Part shown: positions 1 to 8,965 of the stretch, piece by piece
Position numbering within the stretch: the first letter of the stretch is position 1
How the letters are laid out: the number at the start of each line of letters is the position of its first letter
Source of the DNA: a virus
Taxonomy: Duplodnaviria > Heunggongvirae > Uroviricota > Caudoviricetes
Direction: 5' to 3' (one strand)
IMG/VR virus record: IMGVR_UViG_3300033076_001232
Coordinates: 14,435-78,434 of that record
DNA length: 64,000 nucleotides
Translations under genes and position numbers: made by a program
The notes under the pieces: generated by a model
Database searches by the model: none
Seen by the model: the letters and a program-made list of their open reading frames with translations, nothing else
Told to the model about the DNA's origin: nothing

Positions 1-744
1 TATCCAAGATTAAATACGGCTTATATTGCAGACGGCGGTAACTTATCTTTAAATCCAACATACACATTTAGCTTACCTACTGAAGATGATGGTGCTAAAT
101 ATGCGGCATTCTATTCTCCTTATATTACTGTAAGAGAGTCAAATAGAAACGTCGAGGTTCCACCAGCAGCTTATGTTTCTAATAACTTCCTTAGAAAGTT
201 TGCTAACGGAGAACCTTATGCGATTATAGCAGGTCAAAAAAGAGGGGTTATAAGTGGAGGAAACATCGTAGGTGTTGAATATGACTTTACTGAAGAAGAT
301 AGAGGAAATCTAGAACCTTTTGGAATTAACCCAATTATAAAAAGAAGAGGAATTGGAGTGGTTATCTTCGGTAACCAAACTGCTTATCAGCAGGTTAATT
401 CCGCATTCAACTTGGTTCACGTAAGAGACTTATTAATTAGCGTAGAGAATGACGTACAAGAAATTCTTGCTAACTACTTATTTGACTTTAACGAGGATTC
501 AATTCGTCTAGAAATTAAAACATTAGTAGATAATTACTTAGATGGAGTTAGAGCCGGTGGAGGTATTTACGCATACCAAACAATCATGGACGCTTCTAAC
601 AACACTCCAGCAATTATCGATATGAATATGGGTATTATCGATGTTATCATCGAACCAGCAAGAGGAATTCAGAAGTTCATTAACAGAATTACAGTTACTA
701 GAACAGGTGGAATCGCTTCTGGAGGATTTATCCAATTCGTATAA
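1..744 (+). CDS. gp18: Tail sheath protein, C-terminal part (5' end outside window)
   Basis: Frame 1 is open from base 1 (YPRLNTAY...YAAFYSPY...VPPAAYV...GINPI...IFGNQT...VHVRDLL...IEPARGIQKF), typical contractile sheath C-terminus; followed by tail tube genes. The ORF-track GTG at 358 is internal. Confidence 0.9.
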   Translation, partial: YPRLNTAYIADGGNLSLNPTYTFSLPTEDDGAKYAAFYSPYITVRESNRNVEVPPAAYVSNNFLRKFANGEPYAIIAGQKRGVISGGNIVGVEYDFTEEDRGNLEPFGINPIIKRRGIGVVIFGNQTAYQQVNSAFNLVHVRDLLISVENDVQEILANYLFDFNEDSIRLEIKTLVDNYLDGVRAGGGIYAYQTIMDASNNTPAIIDMNMGIIDVIIEPARGIQKFINRITVTRTGGIASGGFIQFV

Positions 745-766
745 TTTACGAGTTTTAAGAAGGGCA

Positions 767-774
767 GATAAATA
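767..774 (+). promoter_or_regulatory. Late promoter motif GATAAATA
   Basis: Upstream of the tail tube; analogous to T4 TATAAATA. Confidence 0.6.
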
Positions 775-783
775 TAACTAATT

Positions 784-1338
784 ATGGCAGGATTATCTCA
801 CTTTTCGAATTCATTATCAGCAGTAAACAAGTTTGAACCTGTTTACCTGAATCAATTTGAAGTTACTATCATCCCACCAGCAGCTGTTGCTGGCGGTGAG
901 ATACTACTTCAACACGTTTCCAAAGTAAGTGGACTTTCTTTGGATAAAAACCCGGGATTGGCAACTCAGAAATTTAAGTTTGCTAAGAGGAACTACGCAG
1001 GTGCTAAACCTGACCAGACATTTATGGATTTAAGTGTCAGCTTCTCCGTAAACTTAAATGATGACAATTCGATGTATGTGTTTAAAACACTAAGACAGTG
1101 GTCGGATCTGATCTACAATCCTCTTACTGGTGCAATGGGTCTTAAAAATGATTACGTTGGAACTATCGTAGTCAACATCTTCAATAAACAAGGTGACGTC
1201 TTTAGAAGAATCACTTGTAAAGATTGTTTCCTTACTAAGCCAATTTCACCAATGAACCTAAACTACACTTCAACAGATCTTTACAAGATTGATGATATGG
1301 TATGGGCGGTTGATTATTGGGAGGATTTGTTCCTATAA
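784..1338 (+). CDS. gp19: Tail tube protein, copy 1 (T4 gp19-like)
   Basis: 184 aa directly after the sheath; EPVYLNQFEV, LRQWSDLIYNPLTG, DYVGTIVV and terminal VDYWED fit the tube fold. Confidence 0.8.
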   Translation: MAGLSHFSNSLSAVNKFEPVYLNQFEVTIIPPAAVAGGEILLQHVSKVSGLSLDKNPGLATQKFKFAKRNYAGAKPDQTFMDLSVSFSVNLNDDNSMYVFKTLRQWSDLIYNPLTGAMGLKNDYVGTIVVNIFNKQGDVFRRITCKDCFLTKPISPMNLNYTSTDLYKIDDMVWAVDYWEDLFL

Positions 1339-1353
1339 AAAACACTTAAATAA

Positions 1354-1929
1354 ATGGCAGGATTACCACACTTTACTAATTCTAAAGCAGCTATAAACAA
1401 TTATGAACCGGTTTATCTAAACCAGTTTGAGGTTATTATTAATCCTCCTGCTGGAATAGTTGATGCTGCTACTACTTTCAATGGAGAAGGTATATTATCT
1501 CAGCAAGTTAAGTCTATAACTGGTCTTGCGGTAGATATAGCACCTGCAGCTACAGTAGAACAAAACTATAAGTTCGCAACTAGAAGATACGCTGGTGGCG
1601 AACCATCTACCAGTGATATGACTTTATCTATGGAATTTGAGGTCAACTTAAATGATCAAAATTCCATGACAGTTTACAAGGTTCTTAGACAGTGGTCAGA
1701 TTTAATCTACAATCCTCTAACAGGTGCGATGGGTATCAAATCAGATTATGTCGGATCTATGGTAATTCAGGTATTTAATAAGAGAGGTGACGTATTTAGA
1801 AGAATCAGAATACCTTCTTGCTTCTTAAGTGAAGCTATAAATCCAATGGAACTAGATTATGAATCTGCATCGATATACAGTCTTAGCGCTAGTTGGATAT
1901 GTGATTATTGGGAAGATATCTTCTTATAA
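1354..1929 (+). CDS. gp19: Tail tube protein, copy 2 (paralog of 784..1338)
   Basis: Shares EPVYLNQFEV, VNLND, LRQWSDLIYNPLTGAMG, FNKxGDVFRRI and DYWED with the upstream gene. Confidence 0.8.
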   Translation: MAGLPHFTNSKAAINNYEPVYLNQFEVIINPPAGIVDAATTFNGEGILSQQVKSITGLAVDIAPAATVEQNYKFATRRYAGGEPSTSDMTLSMEFEVNLNDQNSMTVYKVLRQWSDLIYNPLTGAMGIKSDYVGSMVIQVFNKRGDVFRRIRIPSCFLSEAINPMELDYESASIYSLSASWICDYWEDIFL

Positions 1930-1951
1930 TAATATAGGATGAAAAAAATTG

Positions 1952-1983
1952 AAAAAAAAGAGGCTATTTTGGCCTCTTTTTTT
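1952..1983 (+). terminator. Intrinsic terminator after the tube genes
   Basis: AAAAGAGGC-TATTTTG-GCCTCTTTT followed by a T run. Confidence 0.8.
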
Positions 1984-2017
1984 GTTTCCTGTTATATAAT
2001 AGAAAAACATAAGATAT

Positions 2018-3130
2018 ATGGATAATGGACTATCGCCTGAAGAAATTCTAAGAAGAAAAGAAATAGAGGGTGGAATTGAATATGATGATCCGAAACCAGC
2101 AGAAGAAAAACCTGAAGAAATTCAGTCTTCTCCGTCTACTATTTCACACATCGAGAAAGAAGAAACGGCTAAAATAGAACCAATAGGTCCTGCTCATAAC
2201 GTTCAGGATAAAAAAATGAACGTATTAGGAGTAAACGAATCCGTTAATAGAACATCATTCGGTAAAGCTCAGAGTGTTAGCGAATCCCCGGCTTTTGACA
2301 GTGGGTGGAAAAATCTTCCTGTTACGCTTCTTCCCTCTAGCGGTATCTTTTATCCAGAAAAAACCCGGATTGCTATCCGTGCAGCTGAAGTTAAAGAGAT
2401 TCGACATTTTTCTACTATCGACGAGGATGACCAATTAGATATAGAAGAGAAGCTAAGCTATATTTTGGATAGATGTTTTAGAATGGATTTTCCTGGTGAG
2501 GGCGTAGTTTCATATAAAGATCTTAAGCAAGAGGACAGATTTTTTGTTATTATGGCAATAAGGGATCTTACCTTTGTTAGAGGAGAGAATTCGATTATGC
2601 TTGGGGTTAAGAAAAAATGTAGGGAAACACCAGAATGTCCATTTAGTGATGGCATAGAACTAAGAACGGGAGTCCTTAGTTCCTATGAGATAGATCGGGA
2701 CATTATGAAATACTATAATCCTGAGACTAGAAGCTTTATCTTTACTATTAAAAAAACGGGTAAGAATATAGAGATGACAATTCCTAGTATAGGTGTTACT
2801 CAGGCTATTACTGAATTCGTAAGAAATGAATACAAAAGAAATAATATAGTCGACGAAGGATTTATTAAAATTGCTCCTTTTATTTTTTCCGAGTGGAGAG
2901 ATCTAACCCCAGATAAGATCAGAATTAAATCTAAAGAATCTGATTTTTGGTCGAAAGAGGAATACAGCTTATATTTCGGTCTTTCTGAAAAGATCAAGAT
3001 AGGAACTAGCTTAGAAGCTAAACAGAAATGTCATATATGCGGTGATGAGGAGGTCACCGCTGATATTACCTTTCCCGGAGGGATCAGATCTCTTTTCCTT
3101 ATTTCAGATATCTTTAGAGAACTTCTTTGA
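2018..3130 (+). CDS. Baseplate hub / tail assembly chaperone (T4-like gp26 family)
   Basis: LPSSGIFY, IRAAEVKEI, DRFFVIMAIRDLT, C-terminal CHIC..GGIRSLF; lies between tube and tape-measure-like genes. Confidence 0.6.
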   Translation: MDNGLSPEEILRRKEIEGGIEYDDPKPAEEKPEEIQSSPSTISHIEKEETAKIEPIGPAHNVQDKKMNVLGVNESVNRTSFGKAQSVSESPAFDSGWKNLPVTLLPSSGIFYPEKTRIAIRAAEVKEIRHFSTIDEDDQLDIEEKLSYILDRCFRMDFPGEGVVSYKDLKQEDRFFVIMAIRDLTFVRGENSIMLGVKKKCRETPECPFSDGIELRTGVLSSYEIDRDIMKYYNPETRSFIFTIKKTGKNIEMTIPSIGVTQAITEFVRNEYKRNNIVDEGFIKIAPFIFSEWRDLTPDKIRIKSKESDFWSKEEYSLYFGLSEKIKIGTSLEAKQKCHICGDEEVTADITFPGGIRSLFLISDIFRELL

Positions 3131-3305
3131 TATTAAGTTTAGGCTTTGGTATGAACATAAGATAGATCCAGAATGGCTAGAATCAATACCTTTCTATGAA
3201 TATCAAATATGGATCGATAAACTTAATTCTACGATAGAAAAAGAAAATGCAGAGGCCCAAGCTGAGGGAGGGGTTACACAGTTATTTAGTTTTACATCTA
3301 AATAA
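3042..3305 (+). CDS. Small chaperone (T4-like gp51 type); start uncertain, possibly a frameshift extension of 2018..3130
   Basis: SLENFFDIKFRLWYEHK..WLESIPFYEYQIWIDKL resembles the short gp51-like proteins of T4-like phages; overlaps the upstream ORF in the +1 frame. Confidence 0.55.
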   Translation: MMRRSPLILPFPEGSDLFSLFQISLENFFDIKFRLWYEHKIDPEWLESIPFYEYQIWIDKLNSTIEKENAEAQAEGGVTQLFSFTSK

Positions 3306-3327
3306 AACTATCTAAATATATACAGAT

Positions 3328-4854
3328 ATGTCAGATCCTAAACTAACAGCTCAGATGCTAGATCTCAGTAGAAACATTGAGAAGCTTACCGGTGCGGTAA
3401 AAACAAATACCGAGAGTTCAGAAAAACTGGAGAAATCAAATGTTGAGTCGGAGAAGGGACTAAAAGATACTGTTTCTAAGTTAGGCGGGGATCTAAAAAA
3501 TCTGGATTTTAAATCTTTATCCAAAGAATTCGAAGGAGTTACTAAAAGTATCAAGGGTCTTGACTTTAAAAAATTAGGCGAAGATTTTAAAGGAATAACA
3601 AAATCATTCGGTGACGTAGGTAAAAATCTAGGTGAAATTAAAAGTCTAAAGGATCTTCCTAAGAGTTTTGGTGACATATCCAAATCATTTGGAGGAATAA
3701 AAGATTTAACCAAGAATTTTGAGGGAGCAGCCAAAGGTCTCGAAGGTGCAGGGAAAATCAAAGATATTGTATCCGGAGGATTTGGCAAAAAAATACTAGG
3801 AGCATTTGCTCAGGGAGGGCCTGTTCCTGAAAGCGGAAGTTATCTAGTTGGGGAGAAAGGACCGGAAATAGTTAAATTAGAAGGTGGTAGCACGGTGGTA
3901 CCTAACGATAAGCTAGTTAGTGCGGATCAGCAGCTTTCTGAGAAAAGAGGTCCTAGTGAAAAACAGATAGAAAGATATAAGAAGTATCTTTTAAATAATA
4001 GTCCCGATTACTACTCAGAATTCCCTGATGAATTGGATTATGATATTAAAGAGTGGATAGACAGTACCAAATATCAGAAGGAATCAACAATAGATAGTTT
4101 ATTAGAAGGAAGGGGAGAGGAAACGTTTACTAAAGAGGACGTAGCTAAGCTATCCTCCCCTGTTTCTCCAGCCAAGCCACCCATTACAGTAGAGGAAGAA
4201 TTAACTAAATCTGAAAAGAGGAAAAAGGAAAGGGAGGAAAAAAAATTAGCTAAAGAAAAATCTAAAGCTGAAAAGAAAGCAGAGGGACTGGAAACTAAAA
4301 AAGAGGGTAAGGGGAATCTTGGCTCTCTCGGAGAAACCTCTAAATCCGCTCTGAGTGAACTTAAGAAAAATTCAGGATCTCTTATAGAGAAAGCTACTGA
4401 CATAGGAGGTGGAATACTATCCAAAAATATCGAGAACCCTCTATTAAAAAAAGCTGGAGAAGCAGGATTAAAATCATCTGCCGAGGCTCTTAAGAAAACA
4501 ATAGAAAAACCTAAAGCTGTATCTAATATTACCCCGCTTAAAAGTCCGGCACCTAAGCCTTCTGAATCACAAGAGAAAAAAGCGGATCAGATTTCAGCAG
4601 AAAATAAAAAGACTGAAGAGACTAAACCCGCATCTTCGACATCAGCATCCACCGAATCTAGTAGTGGATCTAAATCCGAATCTAAAACCGGAACAGGAAA
4701 TGAAAAAAGTTCATCTAAAGGTGAAACAAATATGTCAAAAGCCGATATAGATGATATGAAATCGGCATTATTTAGAATAGCTTCCCTTCTCGAGGGAACT
4801 TTGATGGTTTCCCCGATTGAATCCCCTTACAGACCAAATTCAAAAAGAATCTAA
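3328..4854 (+). CDS. Tape-measure-like tail protein
   Basis: N-terminal amphipathic quasi-repeats (DFKSLSKEFEG / DFKKLGEDFKG / KSFGD), FAQGGPV..YLVGEKGPE motif common in tape measures, canonical position after the chaperones. Confidence 0.55.
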   Translation: MSDPKLTAQMLDLSRNIEKLTGAVKTNTESSEKLEKSNVESEKGLKDTVSKLGGDLKNLDFKSLSKEFEGVTKSIKGLDFKKLGEDFKGITKSFGDVGKNLGEIKSLKDLPKSFGDISKSFGGIKDLTKNFEGAAKGLEGAGKIKDIVSGGFGKKILGAFAQGGPVPESGSYLVGEKGPEIVKLEGGSTVVPNDKLVSADQQLSEKRGPSEKQIERYKKYLLNNSPDYYSEFPDELDYDIKEWIDSTKYQKESTIDSLLEGRGEETFTKEDVAKLSSPVSPAKPPITVEEELTKSEKRKKEREEKKLAKEKSKAEKKAEGLETKKEGKGNLGSLGETSKSALSELKKNSGSLIEKATDIGGGILSKNIENPLLKKAGEAGLKSSAEALKKTIEKPKAVSNITPLKSPAPKPSESQEKKADQISAENKKTEETKPASSTSASTESSSGSKSESKTGTGNEKSSSKGETNMSKADIDDMKSALFRIASLLEGTLMVSPIESPYRPNSKRI

Positions 4855-4857
4855 CAA

Positions 4858-4891
4858 AATTTTTTTTTCTCTAAGTGAATAGTTACATTTG
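4858..4891 (+). promoter_or_regulatory. Class I (early, host sigma-type) promoter
   Basis: AATTTTTT-N18-TACATTTG (Bacteroidota -7 element TAnnTTTG); upstream of dCMP deaminase and ECF sigma. Confidence 0.7.
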
Positions 4892-4919
4892 GTAAACTAC
4901 ATTTGGAGAGCATTTTTAT

Positions 4920-5486
4920 ATGGGCAAAGAAAACAATATTAAAGAGCTAGTCTTTAGTGATACCTCTTTTTTAACGGATGAATTTTTTGGACTATCTAAT
5001 TGGAAGATTGTGAAAAAACTAGATGAACATGAAAAAATTTCATTTAGGGTATTTACTTCTGATGATTCTGATCTTATAATTAATCATAGAAGTGATAAGA
5101 TCTATTTAGAAATGGCACAAATCTGGGGAAAAAATTCATACTGTGAGAGAAAAAAAGTTGGATGCTTAATTGTCAATAACAGAGCTATAATTTCGGATGG
5201 CTACAATGGGTCACCTACTGGATTTCCTAATAAGTGTGAGGTAGATGATGTTACTTTACCTTATGTCCTCCATGCGGAAGCTAATGCCATAACTAAATTA
5301 GCAAGAGGGACACAAAGTTCCGACGGATCCGTTCTTTATGTTACGTTATCTCCTTGCTATGAATGTTCAAAACTTATCATACAATCTGGTATAAAAAGAG
5401 TGGTTTTTAATCAGATTTACAGAAAAATGGAATCAATATCCTTTCTTGCTGAGGCAGGAATTGAGATAATAAAAATAAATATTTAA
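4920..5486 (+). CDS. cd: dCMP deaminase with N-terminal extension
   Basis: KVGCLIV, GYNG, HAEANAI and PCYEC zinc motifs. Confidence 0.92.
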   Translation: MGKENNIKELVFSDTSFLTDEFFGLSNWKIVKKLDEHEKISFRVFTSDDSDLIINHRSDKIYLEMAQIWGKNSYCERKKVGCLIVNNRAIISDGYNGSPTGFPNKCEVDDVTLPYVLHAEANAITKLARGTQSSDGSVLYVTLSPCYECSKLIIQSGIKRVVFNQIYRKMESISFLAEAGIEIIKINI

Positions 5487-5493
5487 TTACTGC

Positions 5494-6093
5494 ATGGAGA
5501 AAAATATACAAAAACTCGCCGAGGATTTTATGGAATTCAAAACAGACAGAGCTTTCCAACCATTATTTGACAGACTTAGACCCGGCGTATTAAACCATTG
5601 TTTTCTTATAGTGAAGGAGAATGAACTAGCACAGGATGCTTTTATCAACACAATGGCAAAGGTCTGGCTTAAGATAGATCAATATGATAAAGATCGAGGT
5701 AATTTTTCTACATGGTGTTACAATATTGCCAGGAATGAGTGTTTATTGCTACTGAAATCCAGGAAGAGATATTTCTCTCATAATGAATCTGAATTAGACT
5801 TTCTTTCTGCTAAAAACACTCTAGGCGATTTAGGAGGAGTTTATTTAATGGAGGAGGATCCTGCCAATTTTGTATTTGGTGAGGAAAATACAGTGGATGA
5901 GATATATGAATCTGTGCTGGATGAGATCCGAGATCTTCCTGACTTATATCGGGATATTATGATAGATCGTGAAATAAATAACATGAAGTATAAGGATATC
6001 GCGGAGAAATATGGTATAAAGAAAAGATCCATAGCCACTAGAATTAGGAGGGCAAGAGGTAAGATAAGAAAAAAAATGGGTGGGAAACATTGA
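5494..6093 (+). CDS. Phage ECF-type RNA polymerase sigma factor
   Basis: Region 2 (AQDAFINTMAKVWLKIDQYD..FSTWCYNIARNECL) and region 4 HTH (LPDLYRDIM..MKYKDIAEKYGI..IATRIRRAR). Confidence 0.9.
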   Translation: MEKNIQKLAEDFMEFKTDRAFQPLFDRLRPGVLNHCFLIVKENELAQDAFINTMAKVWLKIDQYDKDRGNFSTWCYNIARNECLLLLKSRKRYFSHNESELDFLSAKNTLGDLGGVYLMEEDPANFVFGEENTVDEIYESVLDEIRDLPDLYRDIMIDREINNMKYKDIAEKYGIKKRSIATRIRRARGKIRKKMGGKH

Positions 6094-6111
6094 TTCTCAT
6101 TGTCATATAAT
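6084..6111 (+). promoter_or_regulatory. Class II (middle, ECF-type) promoter
   Basis: GAAAC-N17-TATAAT. Confidence 0.5.
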
Positions 6112-6124
6112 ATAAAAAAGGGAT

Positions 6125-6550
6125 ATGTTCAGGATCATTAAAGTAATAAAGGAGATAAGACTCTACCGGGAATATTCCAGGATAGTAAGAAAAGAAGAGG
6201 CAGAGTCACAAATTTGGAGAAGAAGAAATTTAAGGAGAGATAGACTTAATCGAATCTATACGGTAGTGAATTTACCTCTTCAGGTTTTAGCTTCTGTTGA
6301 TTTACCAAGAGAATCTAGACCTTCTTTTGTAATTCAGGAATTAAAACCAATAAACGAGTATCTTAAGTCTCTTAATATAGAGGAGATCATAACAATGTGG
6401 ATAGAACCGGTTAAAGGTACAGACGAGGAATCTTATCTGGTCGTCTATCAGTTTTTGTTTAGATATTTATCTTGGCTTTGGATACTTAGATTACTTTTAG
6501 AACTCTCAGTTATCTCCGTATTAGCATACTATTTTTTATTCTATAAATAA
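6125..6550 (+). CDS. Hypothetical protein with C-terminal transmembrane helix
   Basis: 141-aa ORF with a hydrophobic C-terminus. Confidence 0.6.
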   Translation: MFRIIKVIKEIRLYREYSRIVRKEEAESQIWRRRNLRRDRLNRIYTVVNLPLQVLASVDLPRESRPSFVIQELKPINEYLKSLNIEEIITMWIEPVKGTDEESYLVVYQFLFRYLSWLWILRLLLELSVISVLAYYFLFYK

Positions 6551-6558
6551 TTGATATA

Positions 6559-7362
6559 ATGTCAGATGGGTTAATCCAAGCTAAAAAGAGAGAAATAGAG
6601 GAGAAGCTAAAATTTTACGAGGATTCAAATTTTACCTTTCACGAGGAATCACATGTTTATAGATATAGCGGGGTTAAATTCGATTCGGTTACAACCTTCC
6701 TTAAAGTTTTTAAAGTCCCATTCGATAGGGAATATTGGTCAAAGAAAAAGGCTGAAGAAAGAGGTGTTGATGTATCTGTAATTTTAAACGAATGGGAAAC
6801 CAAGGGTGACATATCGAGAACTCTTGGTACCAACGTTCATAAATTCATAGAAGATTTTTGGATGGGTAAAAATCCGGAGATTCCAGAAGATCCGGATGTT
6901 AGAAAAAGGGTTATGGATTTTCTTGATGTCTACAATAAGAGACTACATATATTAACCCCTCTTAAATCGGAGCTAAAAATATTCTCTAGAAAATGGAGAT
7001 TAGCAGGAACTATAGATCAGCCCCTTTTATTATGGGATGCTAAATCTGAGAAGGTCTACTTAATCATAGGTGACTGGAAAACCAATGGTGAATTCAAAAG
7101 TGACAATCATCCGAAAGGAAGATTTAAGAAACTACTAAGACCCTTTAATAACCTTTATGAAAATGATCACAACGAGTATTCTATTCAGATAAGCCTATAT
7201 AGATTGATCTTAGAGGAAATTGGAATAGAAACAGAGAGTGGATTTCTTTTACATTTAGGTCCGGAAGATACCAGAATATACCCGGCTAAAGATCTTAGAG
7301 AACCTCTAAGAGCTTATTTGGATCAAAATAGAGTAGATTTCGATATTTTTAAAATAGATTAG
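6559..7362 (+). CDS. PD-(D/E)XK (RecB/Cas4-like) exonuclease
   Basis: SVTT, GTNVH, SE..I, AGTID, IGDWKT and QISLY motifs. Confidence 0.8.
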   Translation: MSDGLIQAKKREIEEKLKFYEDSNFTFHEESHVYRYSGVKFDSVTTFLKVFKVPFDREYWSKKKAEERGVDVSVILNEWETKGDISRTLGTNVHKFIEDFWMGKNPEIPEDPDVRKRVMDFLDVYNKRLHILTPLKSELKIFSRKWRLAGTIDQPLLLWDAKSEKVYLIIGDWKTNGEFKSDNHPKGRFKKLLRPFNNLYENDHNEYSIQISLYRLILEEIGIETESGFLLHLGPEDTRIYPAKDLREPLRAYLDQNRVDFDIFKID

Positions 7363-7390
7363 AAACAAAACAGTAAAAGATAACTAAAAA
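7362..7390 (+). promoter_or_regulatory. Class II promoter
   Basis: GAAAC-N18-TAAAAA. Confidence 0.5.
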
Positions 7391-7408
7391 TAAAAAAAAA
7401 TAAGAAAA

Positions 7409-7945
7409 ATGACAAAGAAAAAATCAGAAGAAATGCCAAACAACCACGTAGAAATGCCAGGTGGATCTTCAGTAGTAGACTTTGAAACTACTCAGGGAGC
7501 ATTTGAATCTAACGTTGTAGTTGATTCAGAACTTGTTGATAGCATTCAGAATCAGATTCAAGAAAAGAAGGAAGAGATTAAGAGTAAGGTTTATGCAGTA
7601 ACTTGCTCAGATTCACTGTTTTCTGAATATGAGACATTCATGAGAGAAAAAGCAGAATGGAATTCTACAGAGGCTCTAGGGGTCGTTGAAATTAACAAGC
7701 AAATTGCTAGAATTAAAAAGGATGGAATTAAGGATGGAGTTATCTACCTTGGTGCACTTCCTTTAGAGGCTAGCCACTATTTTCTTTCAAAATCTAAAGG
7801 AGTAGGTGTAGAAAGTGCTGAAGCTTTTATCAAATTGTATAAGGCTTTCGATCAGGCATTAAATGATGCTAAGCAAGATGCTGCATCAATTAAAGATCTA
7901 GAAAAACAATTAGCTGCTGCAATGCAGGGCATTACCTTAGGATAA
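7409..7945 (+). CDS. Hypothetical protein (helical / coiled-coil)
   Basis: 178-aa ORF with A-rich leader and downstream terminator. Confidence 0.65.
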   Translation: MTKKKSEEMPNNHVEMPGGSSVVDFETTQGAFESNVVVDSELVDSIQNQIQEKKEEIKSKVYAVTCSDSLFSEYETFMREKAEWNSTEALGVVEINKQIARIKKDGIKDGVIYLGALPLEASHYFLSKSKGVGVESAEAFIKLYKAFDQALNDAKQDAASIKDLEKQLAAAMQGITLG

Positions 7946-7960
7946 ACCTCCAATATATAA

Positions 7961-7994
7961 AAAAGGCTAGCTTTTCAAAAGGCTAGCTTTTTTT
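7961..7994 (+). terminator. Probable intrinsic terminator
   Basis: AAAAGGCTAGCTTTT present twice, forming an imperfect hairpin followed by a T run. Confidence 0.6.
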
Positions 7995-8015
7995 GTATGC
8001 TGAAGTTTAGAAATA

Positions 8016-8023
8016 GATATATA
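8016..8023 (+). promoter_or_regulatory. Late promoter motif GATATATA
   Basis: Recurrent motif upstream of late genes. Confidence 0.6.
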
Positions 8024-8042
8024 GACAGTAAACTATTAAATT

Positions 8043-8336
8043 ATGAAAGCAATAGAAAAAATCAAATCAAATTATTGGATTATACTTCTTTTCCTTACAA
8101 CAATTATTTTCTTCAAACAATGTAGTGTGAGAAATGATGTAGACAGAATCGAGAAGAATATAAAATCACTAGAAGAAAAAACTGATTCGATCCAGGATAA
8201 TACCGTAACTCGTGATCAGGTTAAGTACGAGATGAATCAGACCATGTTTAACTTCCTTATTTATGAGGATGATTTTGACAAAGGTAGATCATCTTTATCT
8301 GACATTAGAAATAAAATAAATAAAGGTGAGCAGTAA
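8043..8336 (+). CDS. Membrane-anchored coiled-coil protein (possible lysis/spanin-like)
   Basis: N-terminal TM helix ending FFKQCS, then coiled coil; late motif upstream. Confidence 0.5.
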   Translation: MKAIEKIKSNYWIILLFLTTIIFFKQCSVRNDVDRIEKNIKSLEEKTDSIQDNTVTRDQVKYEMNQTMFNFLIYEDDFDKGRSSLSDIRNKINKGEQ

Positions 8337-8955
8337 ACTAGTTAGGGGTTTTATTATAACTACTTTCGTTAGCTTATATCTGGTCGTTTCTTTGATATCG
8401 ACCATTCACGTCATAGACTTTTTTAAGCTTTCTAACCCAGATTGGCTTGCAATATCTTTGGCTATAGCTTTTGAAATAGGAGCTGCTGCATCTCTCGCAA
8501 GTTTAATAGCTCTAGATAAAATGAACAAAACAATGGTTTGGGTTCTTTTTATTTTATTGACTGCCATGCAGGCTATGGGTAATACCTACTACGCATATAC
8601 CCATTTGGAAAACTTTAATTCTTGGGTAGAACTCTTTGGACTGGTTGAGGAGGAGTTAATTTATCAGAAAAGAATTCTTTCTATAATAAGTGGTGCAACA
8701 CTTCCTTTAGTAGCTTTAGGATTTATTAAATCACTAGTTGATTACATAAAACCTCAGGAAGAAAAACTTGAAAGTGATCCAACGGCCATACAACCAGAAG
8801 CAATGGATGGAGGAACAAGGGGGGATCAGATTAAAGATATATCCGTTTCTAAGATTGTAGAAGAGGAATCTTCCCAAGATGAAATCCCTAAAATCGAAGA
8901 ATCAAAAAGAGTTAATCGGAACATAATATATGAAGATCCGACCACGTTAAAATAA
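8326..8955 (+). CDS. Multi-pass membrane protein (about 4 TM) with acidic tail
   Basis: Four hydrophobic segments; GTG start overlapping the upstream gene. Confidence 0.6.
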   Translation: MSSKLVRGFIITTFVSLYLVVSLISTIHVIDFFKLSNPDWLAISLAIAFEIGAAASLASLIALDKMNKTMVWVLFILLTAMQAMGNTYYAYTHLENFNSWVELFGLVEEELIYQKRILSIISGATLPLVALGFIKSLVDYIKPQEEKLESDPTAIQPEAMDGGTRGDQIKDISVSKIVEEESSQDEIPKIEESKRVNRNIIYEDPTTLK

Positions 8956-8965
8956 TAGATACAAA

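Noticed and set aside
3351-4424. Minus-strand ORFs such as 3351..3788, 4074..4424, 11630..12034, 38948..39334 and 45791..46159
   Set aside because: Antisense shadows of well-supported plus-strand genes, with S/F/L-rich composition and no promoters.
6559-7362. Cas4 of a CRISPR-Cas system
   Set aside because: No array or other cas genes and no four-cysteine cluster; a stand-alone phage PD-(D/E)XK nuclease.
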